Assembly (NCBI GenBank): GCA_964575695.1 | Contig: CAZNSC010000002.1 | Span: 1 to 59,851, forward strand | DNA from: an uncultured Dehalococcoidales bacterium | GTDB lineage: Bacteria; Chloroflexota; Dehalococcoidia; Dehalococcoidales; W111 | DNA length: 59,851 bases | Direction: 5' to 3' | In this document: positions 27,909-38,399 of the stretch, one piece after another | Layout of the letters: every line of letters starts with the position of its first letter | Position numbering within the stretch: the first letter of the stretch is position 1 | Notes under the pieces: generated by a model | The model's database searches: none | What the model was told of the DNA's origin: nothing | Seen by the model: only the letters and a program-made list of their open reading frames with translations | Made by a program: the position numbers and the translations under genes

Positions 27909-29534
27909 CTACTTATCGCCGTTGACGGGCATGATTCTCAATGTCATCTCTCCGCTTTGGCGGGAAATCTCTATCGTCTTCAGCCATTGCTCGTTATCTT
28001 CTTCGGGGTAATCAGCTCGATGGTGAGCGCCCCGGCTTTCGGTTCTCATCAGGGCAGCCCGGCAGACCATCTCCGAAACAGTCAACATGTTGACAAGCTT
28101 GATGGCTTGAGGTAGTTGCCGGTAGTCGGTCAGCGATAGAGCTCCCAGTTGCTCTCGTAGGGCAGCGATCTCTCTCCGGGCAGCCTCAAGGTTCCTTCCG
28201 TCCCTGATTATCCCAGCCCTGTCCCACATGGTTTGCCTGAGCGACTGCTTCAGCTCTTGAAGGCTCTGCCGCCCGCTGCCCGAAGCCAGTTCACTTAGCC
28301 TTTTCACCCCGGCGGCTACCTTGCTCTGGGGGACTGGTGTTCGACCTGTTTTGGACGCTCTGGCGGCCGCCCTATCTCCGGCAGTAGCGCCAAAAACAAG
28401 GGTATCGGTGATCGCATTTCCTGCCAGCCTGTTGGCGCCGTGGGTACCACCGCAGACCTCACCGGCGGCGTATAGCCCATTGACCGCAGTCTCAGCGTTC
28501 TCGTTGATTCTTATCCCACCCATGAAAAAGTGAGCGGCGGGAGCAACCGGGAATCTCGGCGGGAAACCCCGGAGGTAATACTTTTCGGCTACCTCCTCGG
28601 GCATGGGAGTAAGGTCAAAAACAACACTACCTTCGATTCCTCGGCCGGCGATAATCTCTTCCATTATCAGCCGGGCTAATATGTCCCGGGTCGCTGAAGC
28701 CAAATCATCTATCCCGTGTCTCTTCAGGATGTCTTCCTCTGACGAGTTCCTGAGGGTGGCACCATTTGGCATAAGCCTCTCGTAGGCACATAGCTTGCTG
28801 CCATGTTGTCCCAGCGTAGTGGGGTAAAACTGCACAAACTCCATGTCACGCAGAGTTGCCCCCGCCTCATAGGCTAAGGCAAAGCCGTCTCCGGTCAATC
28901 CGAGTGCGTTGTTTGTTCTGAGGTAAAGCTGCCCGGCACCGCCGGTGGCCAGGATGGTGGACTTAGCACTAATGACCAGCACCTGACCCTCGTCATCTAT
29001 TCCCAGTGCCCCCGTTACCGCATCCTCGGCGCGCAGCAGCTTGGTTACCAGAATTCCCTCCATGAATCGGATACCCAGGCTGGCGGCATACTGCCGCATT
29101 GGTCGGGTGATGTTAATCCCTTTGAATCTATCCACGGAAACATGCCGGGGATATGTATGTCCGGGGACCTGCCACACTGATGGCTTTCCCTGATGCTGCC
29201 GGAAGTGTACTCCAAACCTGGTTAGGTCGTGGACCTGCTGTTTTGCCCCGTGTGTCATAGTTTCCACCAGCCGCCGGTCATTGATGAAACGTCCGCCAGT
29301 GATTGTATCCCTTAGATGCACTTCAGGGGAATCGGCGGGCTGGTTGGCGACGCCGGCGGCGGCAAAGGTGGCTCCAGAAATAGCCGTGTTATTTCTGAAA
29401 CCCACGGGCGCTTCCGATATTAGCAATACATCGAGGTCGTATTTGCTGGCTTCAATGGATGCCCTTAACCCGGCGCCACCACCACCAATCACCAGGACGT
29501 CGGTATCTATTATTTGAGTGGCTTTCAGTTTCAC
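27909..29534 (-). CDS. nadB: FAD-dependent oxidoreductase of the L-aspartate oxidase / succinate dehydrogenase flavoprotein family (probably L-aspartate oxidase)
   Basis: 541 aa. It contains DVLVIGGGGAGLRA, MEFVQFYPT and ESRGAHHRADYP. No adjacent Fe-S or membrane subunit genes are present, which favours NadB. Confidence 0.7.
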   Translation of the reverse strand: MKLKATQIIDTDVLVIGGGGAGLRASIEASKYDLDVLLISEAPVGFRNNTAISGATFAAAGVANQPADSPEVHLRDTITGGRFINDRRLVETMTHGAKQQVHDLTRFGVHFRQHQGKPSVWQVPGHTYPRHVSVDRFKGINITRPMRQYAASLGIRFMEGILVTKLLRAEDAVTGALGIDDEGQVLVISAKSTILATGGAGQLYLRTNNALGLTGDGFALAYEAGATLRDMEFVQFYPTTLGQHGSKLCAYERLMPNGATLRNSSEEDILKRHGIDDLASATRDILARLIMEEIIAGRGIEGSVVFDLTPMPEEVAEKYYLRGFPPRFPVAPAAHFFMGGIRINENAETAVNGLYAAGEVCGGTHGANRLAGNAITDTLVFGATAGDRAAARASKTGRTPVPQSKVAAGVKRLSELASGSGRQSLQELKQSLRQTMWDRAGIIRDGRNLEAARREIAALREQLGALSLTDYRQLPQAIKLVNMLTVSEMVCRAALMRTESRGAHHRADYPEEDNEQWLKTIEISRQSGEMTLRIMPVNGDK

Positions 29535-29567
29535 TGTCGTTCCTCGGGCAGTGGAATTGGTGGCAGG

Positions 29568-30851
29568 TTAGAGAATGCTGCCTACCATGATGGTTTGCTC
29601 TCGTCCTTGTCCCACAGATATGAGACTGGCGGGGCAGGCGACAAGTTCTTCCAGCCTGGCAATATATTGGCGAGCTTCAAGAGGCAGCCTCTCGTACTCC
29701 CGGATATCGCTGGTGGCAGTCTGCCATCCTGGTAGCTCTTCGTAAATCGGTTGGCACCTCTCCAGTGCGGCTACACTAGCCGGGAAGTAATCAATTGTGT
29801 CCCCGTCCAGTCTATAGCCAACACATATCTTCATACTGGGGAGCCCGTCAAGAACATCAAGGCGGGTGATGGCTATTCCGGTGAAGCCGTTAACCCGGGT
29901 GCTGAAGCGAGCGGCAACGGCATCAAACCAGCCGCAGCGTCGTGGTCTGCCGGTAGTAGTCCCGTACTCGTGAGCTACTTCCCGGATCAGGGCACCAGTC
30001 TCATTCGTGAGTTCGGTAGGCATCGGGCCACTGCCAACCCGGGTGCAGTAGGCCTTGAACACCCCAATAATGTTCTTAATCCGAGCCGGACTTAGGCCGG
30101 TGCCGAGGCAGCTCCCGGCGGCCAGTGGTGATGACGAGGTGGTATAGGGATAGGTGCCGAAATCGGGGTCAAGCAGTGCCCCTTGGGCTCCTTCCAGCAG
30201 CACCACCTCCTTCCGGTCGAGGGCTTCCTCGAGCATTATGGTTGTCTCTCGAATGTAAGGGGCGAGACGGTCTCCATACTGACAGTACTGCCAATATACA
30301 TCATCCAGTGACAGCGGGCTGGCCCCGTAGATTTTGGTCAGTATAGTATTCTTATAATCAAGGATGGGGCGGAGTCGCTCGAGTAATGTTTTTTTGTCTA
30401 AGAGGTCACCAGCTCTGATCCCTAACCTGGCGGTCTTGTCGGCAAAGGCGGGTCCAATCCCCTTTCGGGTAGTGCCCAATGCCTTTCCCCCCCGTGACTC
30501 CTCCTCCAGGCCGTCGAGGAGGATATGATAAGGCATAACCAGGTGTGCCCGGTCACTGATAAAAAGCCGGCTGGTATCCACGCCTCGTTCATTTAGCTGG
30601 TCTATCTCATCAAGTAATACCGCTGGGTTAATCACCACCCCATTACCAATAATGGAGCTAGCGCCTGGGGAGAAAATACCGGACGGGACGAGATGTAGTT
30701 TAAACTCACCATAAGGGTTAACCACAGTATGCCCGGCATTATCACCCCCCGAGAAACGGATGACTGCCCTTGCCTGCTGAGCAAGCAGGTCAACCACCTT
30801 ACCCTTGCCTTCATCACCCCACTGGCCACCAATAACAGCAATTACCGGCAT
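29568..30851 (-). CDS. purA: Adenylosuccinate synthase
   Basis: 427 aa. It contains GGQWGDEGKGK, GTTRKGIGPAF and GTTTGRPRRCGW. Confidence 0.97.
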   Translation of the reverse strand: MPVIAVIGGQWGDEGKGKVVDLLAQQARAVIRFSGGDNAGHTVVNPYGEFKLHLVPSGIFSPGASSIIGNGVVINPAVLLDEIDQLNERGVDTSRLFISDRAHLVMPYHILLDGLEEESRGGKALGTTRKGIGPAFADKTARLGIRAGDLLDKKTLLERLRPILDYKNTILTKIYGASPLSLDDVYWQYCQYGDRLAPYIRETTIMLEEALDRKEVVLLEGAQGALLDPDFGTYPYTTSSSPLAAGSCLGTGLSPARIKNIIGVFKAYCTRVGSGPMPTELTNETGALIREVAHEYGTTTGRPRRCGWFDAVAARFSTRVNGFTGIAITRLDVLDGLPSMKICVGYRLDGDTIDYFPASVAALERCQPIYEELPGWQTATSDIREYERLPLEARQYIARLEELVACPASLISVGQGREQTIMVGSIL

Positions 30852-30960
30852 TTGACCCTCTCAAGATTAATTATTCTCTCGCCAGGTAGCTCTGGAATCA
30901 CTCCCTGAGCTTAATCCCTCATAGAATACAACATAAGCGGCGGCATAAGCAAAGAAAGCC

Positions 30961-31569
30961 CTAGGTTTGTTTGGTTCTTGTCTGTTGCCACACGCAAAGC
31001 AGCCGTTGAACCACAGTGACGAAGCTGAATACCGCTATGATAGCTAACGCTACGAGCAAGGCAGATTCAATAATCTGGTTCAGCCAGAGCCCTAGCACCA
31101 GCACCACCACCCGCTCTGCCCGGGTAAATAGCCCCACCTGGCATTCCAGCCCCAGTGCCTCTGCCCTGGCCCGGATATAGCTCACCAGCAGCGAGCCAAT
31201 CAGGGTAACCACGACCAGTAAAATCGGGACAAGTGATTGACTATCGGCATACAAGACCAGGATGCCGATGAGCAGCACCGCCTCGGATAAACGGTCAAGG
31301 GTAGAGTCCAGGACAGCCCCGAAGCGGGTTACTTGGTCGGTACGACGAGCCAGCGCTCCATCAACAATATCAAAGAAGCCGGCGATAAGCACGACAAACC
31401 CGGCGGCAACGAGGTTCCCCAAAGTAATCAGTATTGCTGCCCCAATAGCCAGCAGGAAACCGAACCAGGTTAATGTGCTGGGTGTCACCGGTGACCTTGC
31501 CAGAAGCCGCACCGGTGGTTCGGTAAGATAATAGGCAATCGTTTTACGGGCTCCAGCTAACTTTACCAT
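30961..31569 (-). CDS. CDP-alcohol phosphatidyltransferase (phosphatidylinositol-phosphate synthase-like)
   Basis: 202 aa, multi-TM. It has the motif DGALARRTDQVTRFGAVLDSTLDR (D-x2-DG-x2-AR...G-x3-D-x3-D). It sits beside an inositol-3-phosphate synthase gene. Confidence 0.8.
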   Translation of the reverse strand: MVKLAGARKTIAYYLTEPPVRLLARSPVTPSTLTWFGFLLAIGAAILITLGNLVAAGFVVLIAGFFDIVDGALARRTDQVTRFGAVLDSTLDRLSEAVLLIGILVLYADSQSLVPILLVVVTLIGSLLVSYIRARAEALGLECQVGLFTRAERVVVLVLGLWLNQIIESALLVALAIIAVFSFVTVVQRLLCVWQQTRTKQT

Positions 31570-31575
31570 TGACTG

Positions 31576-32784
31576 TTACTTCGTGGGCATCTTTGCTTGG
31601 ACTGAGGTTGATACTGCCTCAGATTGGAGGTATCGCTCTCGCCACGGGGGTTCGTTGAGCACCGTGACATAGTACCTTAGCACCTTTTGGGTAATTTGTT
31701 CCCAGCCGTACTCCAACGCTTTAGCTCTGCCCCGGGCCGCTATCTCCTGCCGCAGTGACTGGTCAGTCATCAGCGAGACGAGAGCCCGGGCTAGCGCCGT
31801 CTCATCCTTCGGGGGTACCAGCAGTCCGTCGACACCGTTGGTCACCACGCTGGCATAGCCCTCGATATTCGAGGCGATGACCGGCCTGCCTACAGCCATC
31901 GCCTCGAGCAAAACAATCCCGAAACTTTCCCGGCCTGTAGCCGGAGAACAGAAAATGTCGGCTGTCTTATAGTACCGTGGGAGTTCCTCATAGGGCACAT
32001 AGCCAATGAAAATAACATCGTCGAGGCGGTTCTGCCTGACTTGCTTCTCGTACTTGTGCCGCAGCATGGTGCCGGGGCCAACGATAATGAGTCGTGACCT
32101 GGGAACTTCCAGCCGAATTCGCTCATAAGCTTTGAGCAGGTAGTTCAAGCCTTTACGCTTCTCCAGGCGACCCACAAACAAGAGATTGAGTTTCCCGTCA
32201 CAGAATTGTTCAATTGGAGATACCTCCGGCGAAAAGTGCGTTAGGTCGACACCATTGGGGATAATACTATAACCGCCTGGAATATATTTGCTGACAAACT
32301 CCATAGCCGGTCTGGATACTGCAATTCTGCCGTTGAGCTTGAGCGCCCGCCTCTTCAGCAGCATAGGAGTAACCGGCCACCCGAAGTTATAACCGGGTCT
32401 ACCTTGACAAGCGTGAAAGGTACCAACACAGGCTGTATTTGAAAACCGGAGTACGGCAGTGCATAGCATGGGCACAAGGGGCTCGTGGAGGTGAATAATA
32501 TCAAAGTTCTCCTCGTCAAGAACGGCTTTTATTCTGGAGGCAAGCCTGACTGATATGGTAATCCGGGCAATAGAGCCATTAGATGGAACCGGTCGAGCTT
32601 TGCCGATAGGTATAAAGTGGTCGCCGAGATTATCGACTGCTTTCGATGCCGGAGCAATAATCTTAACCTCGTGACCCATCTTGGTTAAATAATAACTGAG
32701 TGCCGAGATATGATTGACGACACCACCGGGATAAGCGAAGTCATAAGGGGAAACTAATGCTATCTTCATTGACAGTCGACCCAT
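31576..32784 (-). CDS. GT4-family glycosyltransferase (PimA-like)
   Basis: 402 aa. The N-terminus is MKIALVSPYDFAYPGGV and the C-terminal GT1/GT4 motif is ESFGIVLLEAMAVGRPVIAS. The start could be 32784 or 32769. Confidence 0.8.
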   Translation of the reverse strand: MGRLSMKIALVSPYDFAYPGGVVNHISALSYYLTKMGHEVKIIAPASKAVDNLGDHFIPIGKARPVPSNGSIARITISVRLASRIKAVLDEENFDIIHLHEPLVPMLCTAVLRFSNTACVGTFHACQGRPGYNFGWPVTPMLLKRRALKLNGRIAVSRPAMEFVSKYIPGGYSIIPNGVDLTHFSPEVSPIEQFCDGKLNLLFVGRLEKRKGLNYLLKAYERIRLEVPRSRLIIVGPGTMLRHKYEKQVRQNRLDDVIFIGYVPYEELPRYYKTADIFCSPATGRESFGIVLLEAMAVGRPVIASNIEGYASVVTNGVDGLLVPPKDETALARALVSLMTDQSLRQEIAARGRAKALEYGWEQITQKVLRYYVTVLNEPPWRERYLQSEAVSTSVQAKMPTK

Positions 32785-32799
32785 ACCTGCCTTACGGTC

Positions 32800-33897
32800 T
32801 TATCCTGATGCCTCATCAACTGCTGGCTGACTGCTGGCAATAAACTCCTCCACCATTTTGCGGGCTTCATCATCGGTATATTGGACTGGCGGTGACTTCA
32901 TAAAGTAGGCCGATGGGGCTACCAGTGCCCCTTTTAACCCGCGGTCTAGAGCCAGTTTGCAGCACCGGATGGCATCAATAACCACCCCGGCTGAGTTGGG
33001 GCTATCCCACACCTCGAGTTTCAGCTCCAGGTTCAGGGGGACATCGCCAAAGGTGCGTCCCTCCATCTTAATATGACAGAACTTACGGTCCTGGAGCCAG
33101 GGAACATAATCGCTGGGCCCGACGTGGATGTTATCCGCATCAAGCTGGTAATCAAGCTGGGAGGTTACGGCGGTGGTTTTAGATACCTTCTTGGACTCAA
33201 GCCGTTCCCTCTCCAGCATATTGTAGAAGTCGGTGTTGCCACCAAAGTTCAGCTGATAGGTTCGTTCCAGCCTGACACCACGGTCTCTGAATAGCCGGGT
33301 AAGGATACGGTGGACAATAGTAGCCCCGACCTGAGATTTTATGTCATCACCGATAACCGGCAGTCCCCTTTGCTCAAAGCGCTCCTGCCAGTACTTCTCT
33401 CGAGCGATAAAAACCGGGATGCAGTTGATAAAGCCACAGCCTGCCGCCAGCACCTGCTCAATGTACCACTTGGTTGCTTCCTCACTACCCACTGGCAGGT
33501 AGTTAATCACGACATCGGTTTTAGCTTCCTTAAGCATTTTAACGATGTCTGCGGTTGATCCCGGTGCTTTCTGGATTATCTGTGACAGATACTTGCCTAG
33601 GCCGTCATGGGTCATCCCTCGCTGCACTTTGACCTTGGTCGCCGGCACATCACAAAATTTGAGGGTATTATTCGGCGGGGTAAAAATCGCCTCGGCCAGG
33701 TCTTTGCCGACCTTATTCTTGTCGATATCAACGGCGGCAACAAAATTGATATCACTGATATGATAGCCACCGAGATCGACGTGCATCAGTCCAGGCACAA
33801 ACTGAGTCGGGTCTGCCTTCTTATAATAGTGAACACCCTGAACCAGTGATGAGGCGCAATTACCGACTCCGATTATAGCCACATTTATCTTGCCCAC
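32800..33897 (-). CDS. ino1: myo-Inositol-3-phosphate synthase
   Basis: 365 aa. [21 protein letters not shown], the overall short bacterial/archaeal MIPS architecture and the SKKVSKT region support the call. The start is GTG with AAGGAG upstream. Confidence 0.85.
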   Translation of the reverse strand: MGKINVAIIGVGNCASSLVQGVHYYKKADPTQFVPGLMHVDLGGYHISDINFVAAVDIDKNKVGKDLAEAIFTPPNNTLKFCDVPATKVKVQRGMTHDGLGKYLSQIIQKAPGSTADIVKMLKEAKTDVVINYLPVGSEEATKWYIEQVLAAGCGFINCIPVFIAREKYWQERFEQRGLPVIGDDIKSQVGATIVHRILTRLFRDRGVRLERTYQLNFGGNTDFYNMLERERLESKKVSKTTAVTSQLDYQLDADNIHVGPSDYVPWLQDRKFCHIKMEGRTFGDVPLNLELKLEVWDSPNSAGVVIDAIRCCKLALDRGLKGALVAPSAYFMKSPPVQYTDDEARKMVEEFIASSQPAVDEASG

Positions 33898-33995
33898 TAT
33901 TCAACTACTCCTTTCTCAATACAAGCAAGCCGCCAGTGAAGACTTGCCCAAACTATCCCGATTATGCTATTCTCATATTCTCAGGAAGGTTAGAT

Positions 33996-34664
33996 ATGGT
34001 CTACGATTTTCATACTCAAACTTCTCTCAGTGACGGTGCCCTATCGCCGATTGAGCTCATCCGGCGGGCTTCGATTAATGACTATCGTGCCGTGGCTCTT
34101 ACCGACCATGCCTCCTTTGGTGAACTCAGCCGTATAATTGGGGAAACGGCCGAAATTTGCGCTATAGCCCGTTCCCACTGGGATATATTGGCTATTCCCG
34201 GCATAGAACTTACCCACCTTCCGGCTCCTGCCATCGCTGAGGCTGCCAGTAGGGCTAAAGAGCTGGGGGCTTGGATTGTGGCGGTTCATGGTGAGACAAT
34301 TGCCGAGCCGGTAGAAGAGGGCACCAATCTCGCCGCACTCCACAGCCCTGATGTTGACATCCTTGCCCACCCCGGTCTTATCACTCTCGAAGAAGCCAGA
34401 TTAGCCGCCGCTAACGGCATCTTTCTCGAAATCAGTGCTCGAAAAGGACACTGCCTGACCAATGGACACATCGCTTCCCTCGCACAGCAAACAGGAGCCC
34501 GGCTCCTGCTAAACTCTGATGCTCACAGTGAAGAAGATTTGCTCACTACCTCTCTCGCTGATGCTATCAGTCATGGTGCTGGTCTGGGTGATACCGCCTG
34601 CCATCAAATGCTTACCCTAAACCCTGAGGCATTAGTCAGAAAGTTGCCTCACCTCGCTACCTAG
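33996..34664 (+). CDS. PHP-domain (histidinol-phosphatase-like) metal-dependent phosphoesterase
   Basis: MVYDFHTQTSLSDG...LTDH...HGE...AHP...NSDAH is the PHP His/Asp pattern. I place the start at the ATG at 33996; the ORF track gives 33936. Confidence 0.75.
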   Translation: MVYDFHTQTSLSDGALSPIELIRRASINDYRAVALTDHASFGELSRIIGETAEICAIARSHWDILAIPGIELTHLPAPAIAEAASRAKELGAWIVAVHGETIAEPVEEGTNLAALHSPDVDILAHPGLITLEEARLAAANGIFLEISARKGHCLTNGHIASLAQQTGARLLLNSDAHSEEDLLTTSLADAISHGAGLGDTACHQMLTLNPEALVRKLPHLAT

Positions 34665-34703
34665 CCAGTTGCCCGGCACCTTCGGCACCATTGAGATTGC
34701 CAG

Positions 34704-34853
34704 TTAGCCTCGACCAATGCTGAATACTTTGGTGCCGCACTGGGGGCAGACCCCTTGCGTCGCCAGTCTCTAGTTCTTCAGCGTAACCCGCTTGGGGTTC
34801 TTGCTCTTATTCTTTGGGCACTCAAAGCAATACGCGCCGGCAGCTCTCGTCAC
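34704..34853 (-). pseudogene. Small double-CxxC zinc-ribbon ORF interrupted by an in-frame TAG (either a pseudogene or a read-through candidate)
   Basis: Minus-strand reading: (AAGGAG)GTG-TRAAGAYCFECPKNKSKNPKRVTLKN-TAG-RLATQGVCPQCGTKVFSIGRG-TAA. The two CxxC knuckles lie on either side of the TAG at 34770-34772. Confidence 0.6.
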
Positions 34854-35048
34854 CTCCTTGTTTAGCCGTTATGAACTATATTTTAATTATACGCAAGCTG
34901 TCAAGCCTTTCAAATGAAGTACTCGATGGGGGCGTGTGGATTCAAGAGGGTCTTTGCCTCTCATCGGCGTCCTTCTCTGGGGCTCCTTGAGAGACGCTCG
35001 CATATTCATGGGGGGACGTGTTCCGAGAATTATGGGCTTGTGGTTCGG

Positions 35049-35948
35049 TCATCCGCAGAAGACCTTGTCCGGCTGCCACCGTCCTGTTTCCGGGTCGAAA
35101 CGGGCGAGGCCGAGGAAGCTGCCGCTACTGGAATAGACGCGGCAGCGATTCCCGGTTGATACCGGCTTCAGACCGCTATTGTCGGCAACTGTCACCGGGC
35201 ATCCCTTCTTTATCATGCTGCTGGTGGTATCACCGACCACGATAGCTGTCCAGTCCAACAGCACGGTATCTATAGGGTGGACAAGCTGTTGCCAGTAGCC
35301 GTGGCGGACGGCGTTCTCAAGCTGGGGCATAGAAACGGCGTCGTTGATATCAAAGGGCCCGTACCTCAAGCGAGTCAGACTCTTCAAGATAGCACCGCAG
35401 CCCAGAGCCTGCCCCAGGTCATGAGCTAGCGAGCGAATATAGGTACCCCGGCCGCAGACGACTTCTACTGTGAATACTGGTGGCTGCCACCCGGTAAGCT
35501 CCAGGCTGTTGATTCTGGCGCGCCGACTTCTGCGGTCAATGTCAATGCCGCAGCGTGCCAGCTCATAGAGTCGCCGGCCGTGGTGTTTCACCGCACTGTA
35601 CATCGGCGGGAGCTGCTGGATTTCACCGACAAACGAGGTAAGTGCCGATGTTAGTTGCTCCTGGCTAATCCGGGACGGGTCTTGCCGGTCGGTAACCCTG
35701 CCGCAGGCATCATAGGTATCTGTCGTCACCCCCAATTCAATGTGAGCTCGATAACATTTAGTCGCCTCCAGTAGAAACTGAGTCACCCGGGTTCCCTGCC
35801 CGAGGCAGATGGGCAAAATGCCGGTGGCTGCCGGGTCAAGGGTGCCCGCATGCCCCACGCGCGGCTCTCCGGTCAGCCGTTTCACTGCGGCGACGATGCT
35901 GAACGAGGTCTTTTCCTGGGGCTTGTTAATATTTAGTATGCCGTCCAC
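35049..35948 (-). CDS. truB: tRNA pseudouridine(55) synthase
   Basis: 299 aa. It contains GILNINKP, HAGTLDPAATGILPICLG, and a C-terminal PUA-like region. Confidence 0.95.
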   Translation of the reverse strand: MDGILNINKPQEKTSFSIVAAVKRLTGEPRVGHAGTLDPAATGILPICLGQGTRVTQFLLEATKCYRAHIELGVTTDTYDACGRVTDRQDPSRISQEQLTSALTSFVGEIQQLPPMYSAVKHHGRRLYELARCGIDIDRRSRRARINSLELTGWQPPVFTVEVVCGRGTYIRSLAHDLGQALGCGAILKSLTRLRYGPFDINDAVSMPQLENAVRHGYWQQLVHPIDTVLLDWTAIVVGDTTSSMIKKGCPVTVADNSGLKPVSTGNRCRVYSSSGSFLGLARFDPETGRWQPDKVFCG

Positions 35949-35951
35949 AGT

Positions 35952-36359
35952 CTAATCTCTATTCTGGTCAGAGTGGTTATGTTTGGCAACCTCGTCAATC
36001 AGCTTCAGGAGACGGGCTCCCTGCTCAATAGAGTCGTCCCACTGAAATTTCAGTTCGGGGACACGCCGCAGCTCCAGACGCTTTGCCAGCTGGTTGCGGA
36101 GGAAGCCAGAGGCGGCCTCCAATCCGCGCAGTGTCTCTTGCTTTTCCTGCTCGCCGCCGAGATGACTGACCAGTATCTTGGCATATTTCAGGTCGGGGGA
36201 GGTTGAGACCTCGGTTACCGCAATAAAACTGCCAAGTCTCGGGTCTTTGACTTGGCGCTGAAGTAGTTCGCTGACTTCATGACGGATGAGATTGTTCACC
36301 CGCTCAATTCGATGTGCTATGATCGGTACCCCCTGCTTTCTCCCTTTGGAAGAACTCAA
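35952..36359 (-). CDS. rbfA: Ribosome-binding factor A
   Basis: It contains [27 protein letters not shown]...[15 protein letters not shown]. The start is uncertain (TTG 36359 or 36371). The ORF track's 36413 start overlaps infB. Confidence 0.85.
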   Translation of the reverse strand: MSSSKGRKQGVPIIAHRIERVNNLIRHEVSELLQRQVKDPRLGSFIAVTEVSTSPDLKYAKILVSHLGGEQEKQETLRGLEAASGFLRNQLAKRLELRRVPELKFQWDDSIEQGARLLKLIDEVAKHNHSDQNRD

Positions 36360-38115
36360 GCATATCGCCAATTTCAAAGTCGTTGAAGTCCTTGACACCG
36401 ACCCCGGCCTCATATCCGGCAGGCACCTCTTTAACGTCGTCCTTAAAGCGCCTTAGGCTGCTGACAGTAGATTCGAACACGATTTGCTCCCCCCGCCGCA
36501 CTCTAACCGGAACACCCCGGCTCACCTTGCCCTTGGTAACGCGGATACCGGCTACCTTTTCCTTCTTGCCGGCAGGGAAGATGGCGATTACCTCACCCTG
36601 TCCTTCAATAACCTCAACATAGGTGGGCTCCAGCATACCCTTGAGTGCTTTATCAACATCATCTACCAGGTTGTAAATTACATCGTACAAATGAATGTCG
36701 ACACCTTCAGCCTCGGCCAGACGGCGGGCTCCGGCCTCAACACCGGTGCCAAAGCCAATGATCGCCCCCTTGGAGGCAACAGCCAACATAACATCGCTTT
36801 CGGTTATATTGCCACTGCCGCTGCGGATGATCTTGACCTTGACCTGGTCTGTGCCCGAGCGCTCCAGGGAGGTTCTTATCGGTTCAATACTTCCCTGAAC
36901 ATCGGTCTTGAGAATAATGCCGAGTTCTTTCACTTCTCCGGCGCTTATTTGAGCGGAGAGATTGCTGAGGCTTACTGGCCTGGTAAGTGGTGAGGCTGCT
37001 TGCTGGCGCTCCTGTATAAGCTGGCGGGCCTGACGTTCGTCGGCGACAACTGTCAGGATGTCCCCGGCCTGGGGCACACTATTTAGGCCGAGGAGTTCTA
37101 CCGGGGTTGCCGGTTCTGCTTTCCTCACCCGTTTCCTGATGTCATTAAACATTGCCCTTATCCGGCCCCATGAGGCACCGACAACGACGGTATCACCAAG
37201 CTTCAGGCTACCGTTTTGGACGAGCACCGTCGCTAAGGGTCCCCTAGTCCGGTCCATCCCGGCTTCGATAACCACCCCGGTCCCCGGCAGAGACGGGTTC
37301 CCCTTGAGCTCTTCCATCTCGGCGACCAGGAGGATGCTTTCCAGCAGATCTGAGATGCCGGTCTTCTCCTTGGCTGAGGTGAGAACACAAACAGTATCAC
37401 CTCCCCACTCCTCGATGAGCAGTCCGGCATCAGCTAGCTGGCGCTTGGTCGATTCCAGATTGGCGTTAGGCTTGTCGATCTTGTTAATCGCCACCACGAT
37501 AGGTACCCCGGCTGCCCGGGCATGGTCTATCGCTTCCAGGGTCTGTGGCATCACCCCGTCATCAGCGGCAACTACCAGGACCGCGATGTCGGTTACCTGG
37601 GCTCCCCGGGCTCGCATCGCCGTAAATGCCTCATGCCCCGGCGTATCCAGGAAGGTGATCTTTTGCCCGTTGACCTCTATTTGATAGGCACCGATATGCT
37701 GGGTGATACCTCCGGCTTCGCTAGCCATCACATTGGTCTGTCGAATGGCGTCAAGGAGTCTGGTCTTGCCGTGGTCAACATGCCCCAAAATCGTAACCAC
37801 CGGGGGTCTGGGTCGCAGACCGCCGGTCTCCTCCCCTCGGGGCTGATGTCTTCTGATTTCAGCGATTGACCGCCGTGCCACCTGCGGCGCGGGATGGGCC
37901 TTATAGCCAAAGACCTCGGCGACCGCGGTCGCCGCCTCATAACTGATGACCTGGTTAATATTGGCCATGATGCCATTGCGCATCAGCTGTTTGATGGCTT
38001 CTATGGCACTAACCCCAAGTAGCTCAGCCAGATGCCGCACACTCACCGAGTCGGGAATTTCAATAGTTCGTGACTCTGCCGGCTGCTTCAAAGCCTCCCC
38101 CGGTTTATTTGCCAC
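36304..38115 (-). CDS. infB: Translation initiation factor IF-2
   Basis: 603 aa. The G-domain motifs are [13 protein letters not shown] and NKID. The C-terminal domains are present. The N-terminal region is short. Confidence 0.97.
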   Translation of the reverse strand: MANKPGEALKQPAESRTIEIPDSVSVRHLAELLGVSAIEAIKQLMRNGIMANINQVISYEAATAVAEVFGYKAHPAPQVARRSIAEIRRHQPRGEETGGLRPRPPVVTILGHVDHGKTRLLDAIRQTNVMASEAGGITQHIGAYQIEVNGQKITFLDTPGHEAFTAMRARGAQVTDIAVLVVAADDGVMPQTLEAIDHARAAGVPIVVAINKIDKPNANLESTKRQLADAGLLIEEWGGDTVCVLTSAKEKTGISDLLESILLVAEMEELKGNPSLPGTGVVIEAGMDRTRGPLATVLVQNGSLKLGDTVVVGASWGRIRAMFNDIRKRVRKAEPATPVELLGLNSVPQAGDILTVVADERQARQLIQERQQAASPLTRPVSLSNLSAQISAGEVKELGIILKTDVQGSIEPIRTSLERSGTDQVKVKIIRSGSGNITESDVMLAVASKGAIIGFGTGVEAGARRLAEAEGVDIHLYDVIYNLVDDVDKALKGMLEPTYVEVIEGQGEVIAIFPAGKKEKVAGIRVTKGKVSRGVPVRVRRGEQIVFESTVSSLRRFKDDVKEVPAGYEAGVGVKDFNDFEIGDMLEFFQREKAGGTDHSTSN

Positions 38116-38389
38116 CGCTTGCTCCTAGCATGAATTGTTGCCCCCAGCCAATAAGCTGCTGGCGGTTATCCTTGGTAAGGGTAGTTCTTAGCGCATGCTC
38201 CAGCCGACCGCCTTTTAGCCCGGTTTCCCAGCACTCCCATGACCGGCACAGGTAAGCGCCTCGCCCTGCCTTGCGGCCGCTAGTATCAACCTCTACGCTG
38301 TTGTCAGCGGTGCGTACCAGGCGAATTAGCTCCCGCTTTCTGGTTGCCTTGCGGCAGGCAATACAGGTTCGCTGTGGTATTTGCTTCAT
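38105..38389 (-). CDS. ylxR: YlxR/RnpM-family (DUF448) RNA-binding protein
   Basis: [25 protein letters not shown]...GRGAYLC. The start is the ATG at 38389; the ORF track's 38551 start overlaps nusA. Confidence 0.85.
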   Translation of the reverse strand: MKQIPQRTCIACRKATRKRELIRLVRTADNSVEVDTSGRKAGRGAYLCRSWECWETGLKGGRLEHALRTTLTKDNRQQLIGWGQQFMLGASGGK

Positions 38390-38399
38390 CAGAGCCAGA

